Under the pieces are notes generated by a model, which saw only the letters and a list, made by a program, of their open reading frames with translations, was not told the origin of the DNA and searched no databases. Positions 39,285 through 42,085 of a DNA stretch of 42,085 nucleotides are shown one piece after another (position 1 is the stretch's first letter; each line of letters begins with the position of its first letter). This stretch comes from Acidimicrobiales bacterium (GTDB taxonomy: Bacteria; Actinomycetota; Acidimicrobiia; Acidimicrobiales; VFJN01). A program made the translations under genes and the position numbers. Location of the stretch: positions 1-42,085 of the forward strand of contig DASSGC010000694.1 of assembly GCA_035693765.1 (NCBI GenBank). The letters run 5' to 3'.

Positions 39285-39313
39285 AAGCTAGGAGACGACT
39301 GGAATCCTGTCAA
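39285..39313 (-). promoter_or_regulatory. Putative promoter of the ABC importer operon
   Basis: On the minus strand: TTGACA (complement of 39308-39313), a 17-nt spacer, then TAGCTT (complement of 39285-39290). Confidence 0.5.
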
Positions 39314-39376
39314 CAGACGATCGTGTGACAGCATGAAACAGGGCACACCCAGGCGCGCGACTGGCATGCTGCGGCG

Positions 39377-40540
39377 GTGAACCGTCGCCGCACCTCCCAC
39401 CCGATGGCCGCCGCCGCGCTCGCCCTCGCGATCGCGCTCGCCGCCGGCTGCGTGCCCGGCCCGGCTCCGGGCGGGCCCGGCGGCGGTCCCGGCCACGGGC
39501 GCGGCCCCCAGATCCGGTTCAACCAGGTCCAGGTGCTGGCGTCGCACAACAGCTACCACGTGGAGCCGGAGCCCGTGCTGCTCGACGCGCTGAAGGCGTT
39601 CCTGGGCCCGCAGGCCGACGGCCTGGAGTACACCCACCGGACGCTCACCGAGGAGCTCGACGCCGGCGTCCGCCAGATCGAGCTGGACGTGTTCGTCGAC
39701 GACGACGCCGGGGGCCGCTTCGCCGCGCCGGCGCTGGGCCCCGTGCTCGGCCTGGCGCCGCCCGACCCGGCCCTGGCGGGCCCGGGGCTCAAGGTCCTCC
39801 ACATCCAGGAGGTCGACTTCCGGTCGACGTGCCCGACCTTCGTCGCCTGCCTCACCGACGTGCGCGAGTGGTCGCAGGCCCATCCCCGGCACCTGCCGGT
39901 CACCATCCAGATCGAGGCCAAGGACGGCCTGATCGCCGACCCGGGGTTCGGCTTCGTCGCCCCGGTGCCGTGGTCGGGCGCGGCCTTCGCCGACCTCGAG
40001 GCCGAGATCGCCGCGGTGTTCCCACCCGAGGAGGTGCTCACCCCGGCCGAGGTGCGGGGCCGGTCGGCCACGCTGGCCGAGGCCGTGCGCGCCGGTCGCT
40101 GGCCCCGGCTCGACGCCGCCCGCGGCAAGGTGCTGTTCGTGCTCGACGACAAGGGCGCCAAGCGGGACGCCTATCGCGGTCAGGTGCCCGACCTCGCCGA
40201 CCGCTCGATCTTCGTCGACGTGCCGGCGACCGACCCGGATGCGGCGATGATGGTGGTGAACGACCCCATCGGCCAGGGCGACCGCATCCGCAACCTCGTG
40301 AGCCAGGGATTCGTCGTCCGCACCCGGGCCGACGCGGACACGGTGCAGGCCCGGTCGGGCGACACCACCATGCGGGACGCGGCGCTGGCCAGCGGGGCCC
40401 AGTTCGTGTCGACCGACTACGTCTGGCCCGACGAGCGCTTCGGCACCGGCTACGCCGTGGACCTGCCCGGCGACACCGCCGCCCGCTGCAACCCCGTCAA
40501 CGCGCCGCCGCAGTGCACGCACGCCGACCTGCGGGGCTGA
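39377..40540 (+). CDS. PLC-like phosphodiesterase lipoprotein (Ca-dependent PI-PLC-like)
   Basis: GTG at 39377. Signal peptide with lipobox LAAGC. VLASHNSYH and QIELDVF resemble the bacterial PI-PLC-C1 type family (from memory). Confidence 0.7.
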   Translation: MNRRRTSHPMAAAALALAIALAAGCVPGPAPGGPGGGPGHGRGPQIRFNQVQVLASHNSYHVEPEPVLLDALKAFLGPQADGLEYTHRTLTEELDAGVRQIELDVFVDDDAGGRFAAPALGPVLGLAPPDPALAGPGLKVLHIQEVDFRSTCPTFVACLTDVREWSQAHPRHLPVTIQIEAKDGLIADPGFGFVAPVPWSGAAFADLEAEIAAVFPPEEVLTPAEVRGRSATLAEAVRAGRWPRLDAARGKVLFVLDDKGAKRDAYRGQVPDLADRSIFVDVPATDPDAAMMVVNDPIGQGDRIRNLVSQGFVVRTRADADTVQARSGDTTMRDAALASGAQFVSTDYVWPDERFGTGYAVDLPGDTAARCNPVNAPPQCTHADLRG

Positions 40541-40556
40541 CCCGGGAGGGGACGGG

Positions 40557-41411
40557 TCAGGAGGCGAGCACGGCGCGGGCCACGAGGTCGGTGCCGAAGG
40601 CCGTCAGGATGGCCAGGTAGAGCAGGCCGGTCGCCGCCATCACCGCCGAGTAGTAGCGCTCCCGCAGGGCCGCCCGGGTCACCACGACGAGCCCGATCGT
40701 CGTGACCGCGCACGCCACCCAGAACCAGCCGAACACGCCGCCGTAGCCGTCGTCGATCGTGCCGTTCAGCACCGAGACCATGCCGACCGGCCACAGCAGC
40801 ACCGCGATCTCGAACGGCCAGACGATCCCGGTCCACCGCACCATCTCCAGCAGCGGGCGCCGGGCGAGGCCGGGCTGCACCAGGTACCAGTGGCCGAGCA
40901 GCATCCCGTCGGAGATCGATCCCAGGAACGCGGCCCCCACCAGCACCCGCACCACCGACAGCAGGGCCGGGTCACCGGCGGCGATGCCGGCCGCCACCAG
41001 GCCGGGCAGGCCGGCGAGCGGCGCCACCAGGTCGAGCACCGGGGGGAACTCGGGGACCTCCTCGTCGGGGCCCTCGGGGCGGCGGTCGATGCCGGTCATG
41101 GCGCTGACCCGGGCCGAGCGCCGCGCCACCCGGGCCCGCTCGCCGGCCACGCCCGCCCGGCGCCGGACGATCGACACCGCGAGCGCCCCGCCGGCGGCGG
41201 CCGCCACGGCCAGCGACGAGGCCTCCCGCACCGGCACCGGGTCGAGCGCGACACCCGCGGCGAACGCCCCCAGCGCCATCGCCAGGTACACGCCGCGGAG
41301 CAGCCAGCCGTAGCCGATCCCCACCTCGCGGGCCCGCGTCGTCACCCACAGGAACAGCAGGCCACCGACGGCCCACTGCAGCAGCACGGTGGCGGCGTCG
41401 AGGCGGATCAC
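40557..41411 (-). CDS. Hypothetical polytopic membrane protein
   Basis: About 7-8 hydrophobic segments with a charged central loop, and an LLGHWYLVQPG motif. The start is GTG 41411 or the upstream start at 41471. Confidence 0.6.
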   Translation of the reverse strand: MIRLDAATVLLQWAVGGLLFLWVTTRAREVGIGYGWLLRGVYLAMALGAFAAGVALDPVPVREASSLAVAAAAGGALAVSIVRRRAGVAGERARVARRSARVSAMTGIDRRPEGPDEEVPEFPPVLDLVAPLAGLPGLVAAGIAAGDPALLSVVRVLVGAAFLGSISDGMLLGHWYLVQPGLARRPLLEMVRWTGIVWPFEIAVLLWPVGMVSVLNGTIDDGYGGVFGWFWVACAVTTIGLVVVTRAALRERYYSAVMAATGLLYLAILTAFGTDLVARAVLAS

Positions 41412-41501
41412 GGCGAGCGAGGGTAGGGCCCGCCGGCGGCGGCACGGCAATCGGCGGCGCCGACCCGCCACCCGGCGGGAGGGCCGTGACCGGGTGGGCC
41501 T

Positions 41502-42085
41502 TCAGCCGTCGACGACGGCCAGCGCGTGGTCGGCCCGGTTCAGCTCGTCGGGCCCGGCGTCCGCCGCCACCACGATGTCCTCCAGCCGCAGGCCGAACCG
41601 GCCCGGGACGTAGATGCCGGGCTCCACCGAGAACGCGTGGCCGGGCGCCAGCAGCGTGGTGTTGCCGGCGACGATGTAGGGATCCTCGTGCTCCTCGACC
41701 CCGATGCCGTGCCCCGTCCGGTGGATGAACCGGTCGCCGTAGCCGGCCGCCGCGATCACCCGCCGCGCCACCCCGTCGACCGCCTCGCACGGCGTGCCCA
41801 CGGCCGCCGCGGCCACCGCGGCCCGCTGGGCCTCGTGGAGCACCGCGTACGCCTCGGCCACCTCGGCCGGCGCCTCGCCGACGTGGACGCACCGTGTGAT
41901 GTCGCTGCAGTAGCCCACCCCCTCGGCGTCGACCATCGTGCCCCCGAAGTCGCAGAGCACGACGTCCCCCGGGCCGATGACGCGCGGCCCTGCCTCGTGG
42001 TGGGGGCTCGCGGCGTGGGGCCCCGACGCCACGATGGCGAAGTTGACGTGCTGGTGGCCCTCGTCGACGATGCGCCGGCCGAGGT
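41502..42085 (-). CDS. M24 family Xaa-Pro peptidase, C-terminal part (5' end outside window)
   Basis: VASGPHAASPHH, DFGGT, HRTGHGIGVEEHE, SVEPGIY and LRLED are metal-ligand motifs of M24B peptidases. The frame is open to the window edge. Confidence 0.88.
   Translation of the reverse strand, partial: LGRRIVDEGHQHVNFAIVASGPHAASPHHEAGPRVIGPGDVVLCDFGGTMVDAEGVGYCSDITRCVHVGEAPAEVAEAYAVLHEAQRAAVAAAAVGTPCEAVDGVARRVIAAAGYGDRFIHRTGHGIGVEEHEDPYIVAGNTTLLAPGHAFSVEPGIYVPGRFGLRLEDIVVAADAGPDELNRADHALAVVDG

Overview
High-GC segment (by eye about 70% G+C or more; real codons almost always end in G/C) that looks like actinobacterial chromosome. I cannot name the species. I support 37 protein-coding genes, two of them cut by the window edges. 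I see no rRNA, tRNA, CRISPR array, transposase, integrase or phage gene. Left to right: (1) a cell-envelope glycan cluster (GT2 fragment, SAM methyltransferase, Wzm/Wzt-type ABC exporter, GT-C-like membrane protein, MOP flippase-like protein), interrupted by a rhodanese-ThiF/MoeB enzyme; (2) a canonical sirtuin, a hypothetical gene, a strand-ambiguous small ORF and an orphan RHH gene; (3) a GH84 lipoprotein and a DrrA-like ABC-2 exporter; (4) housekeeping genes (pepA, PduO-type adenosyltransferase, NUDIX, 2-hydroxyacid dehydrogenase, DUF72, TetR, metH, PPOX-like); (5) a 1120-aa secreted subtilase, divergent from a two-gene membrane module with a cellulose-synthase-like GT2; (6) YihY, then the NHEJ pair Ku plus a stand-alone LigD-type polymerase; (7) a five-gene family-5 ABC importer operon ending in a TetR gene; (8) a PI-PLC-like lipoprotein, a membrane protein and an M24 peptidase fragment. 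This reads as ordinary core chromosome, not an accessory island, and I do not see a convincing new multi-gene system such as a defence system. The most useful follow-ups are: a 114-129 bp structured repeat present twice (991-1119 and 17900-18028), the second copy at or inside the 5' end of the dehydrogenase gene; the small-TM-protein plus processive-GT2 module (27569-29646) and its structured shared control region; a NIDO-like domain in the subtilase C-terminus; the reversed rhodanese-ThiF domain order; and promoter/operator architectures readable directly from the sequence. All start codons and coordinates were worked out by hand from the ORF track and may be off by a few codons. Family assignments come from motif recognition, not searches.
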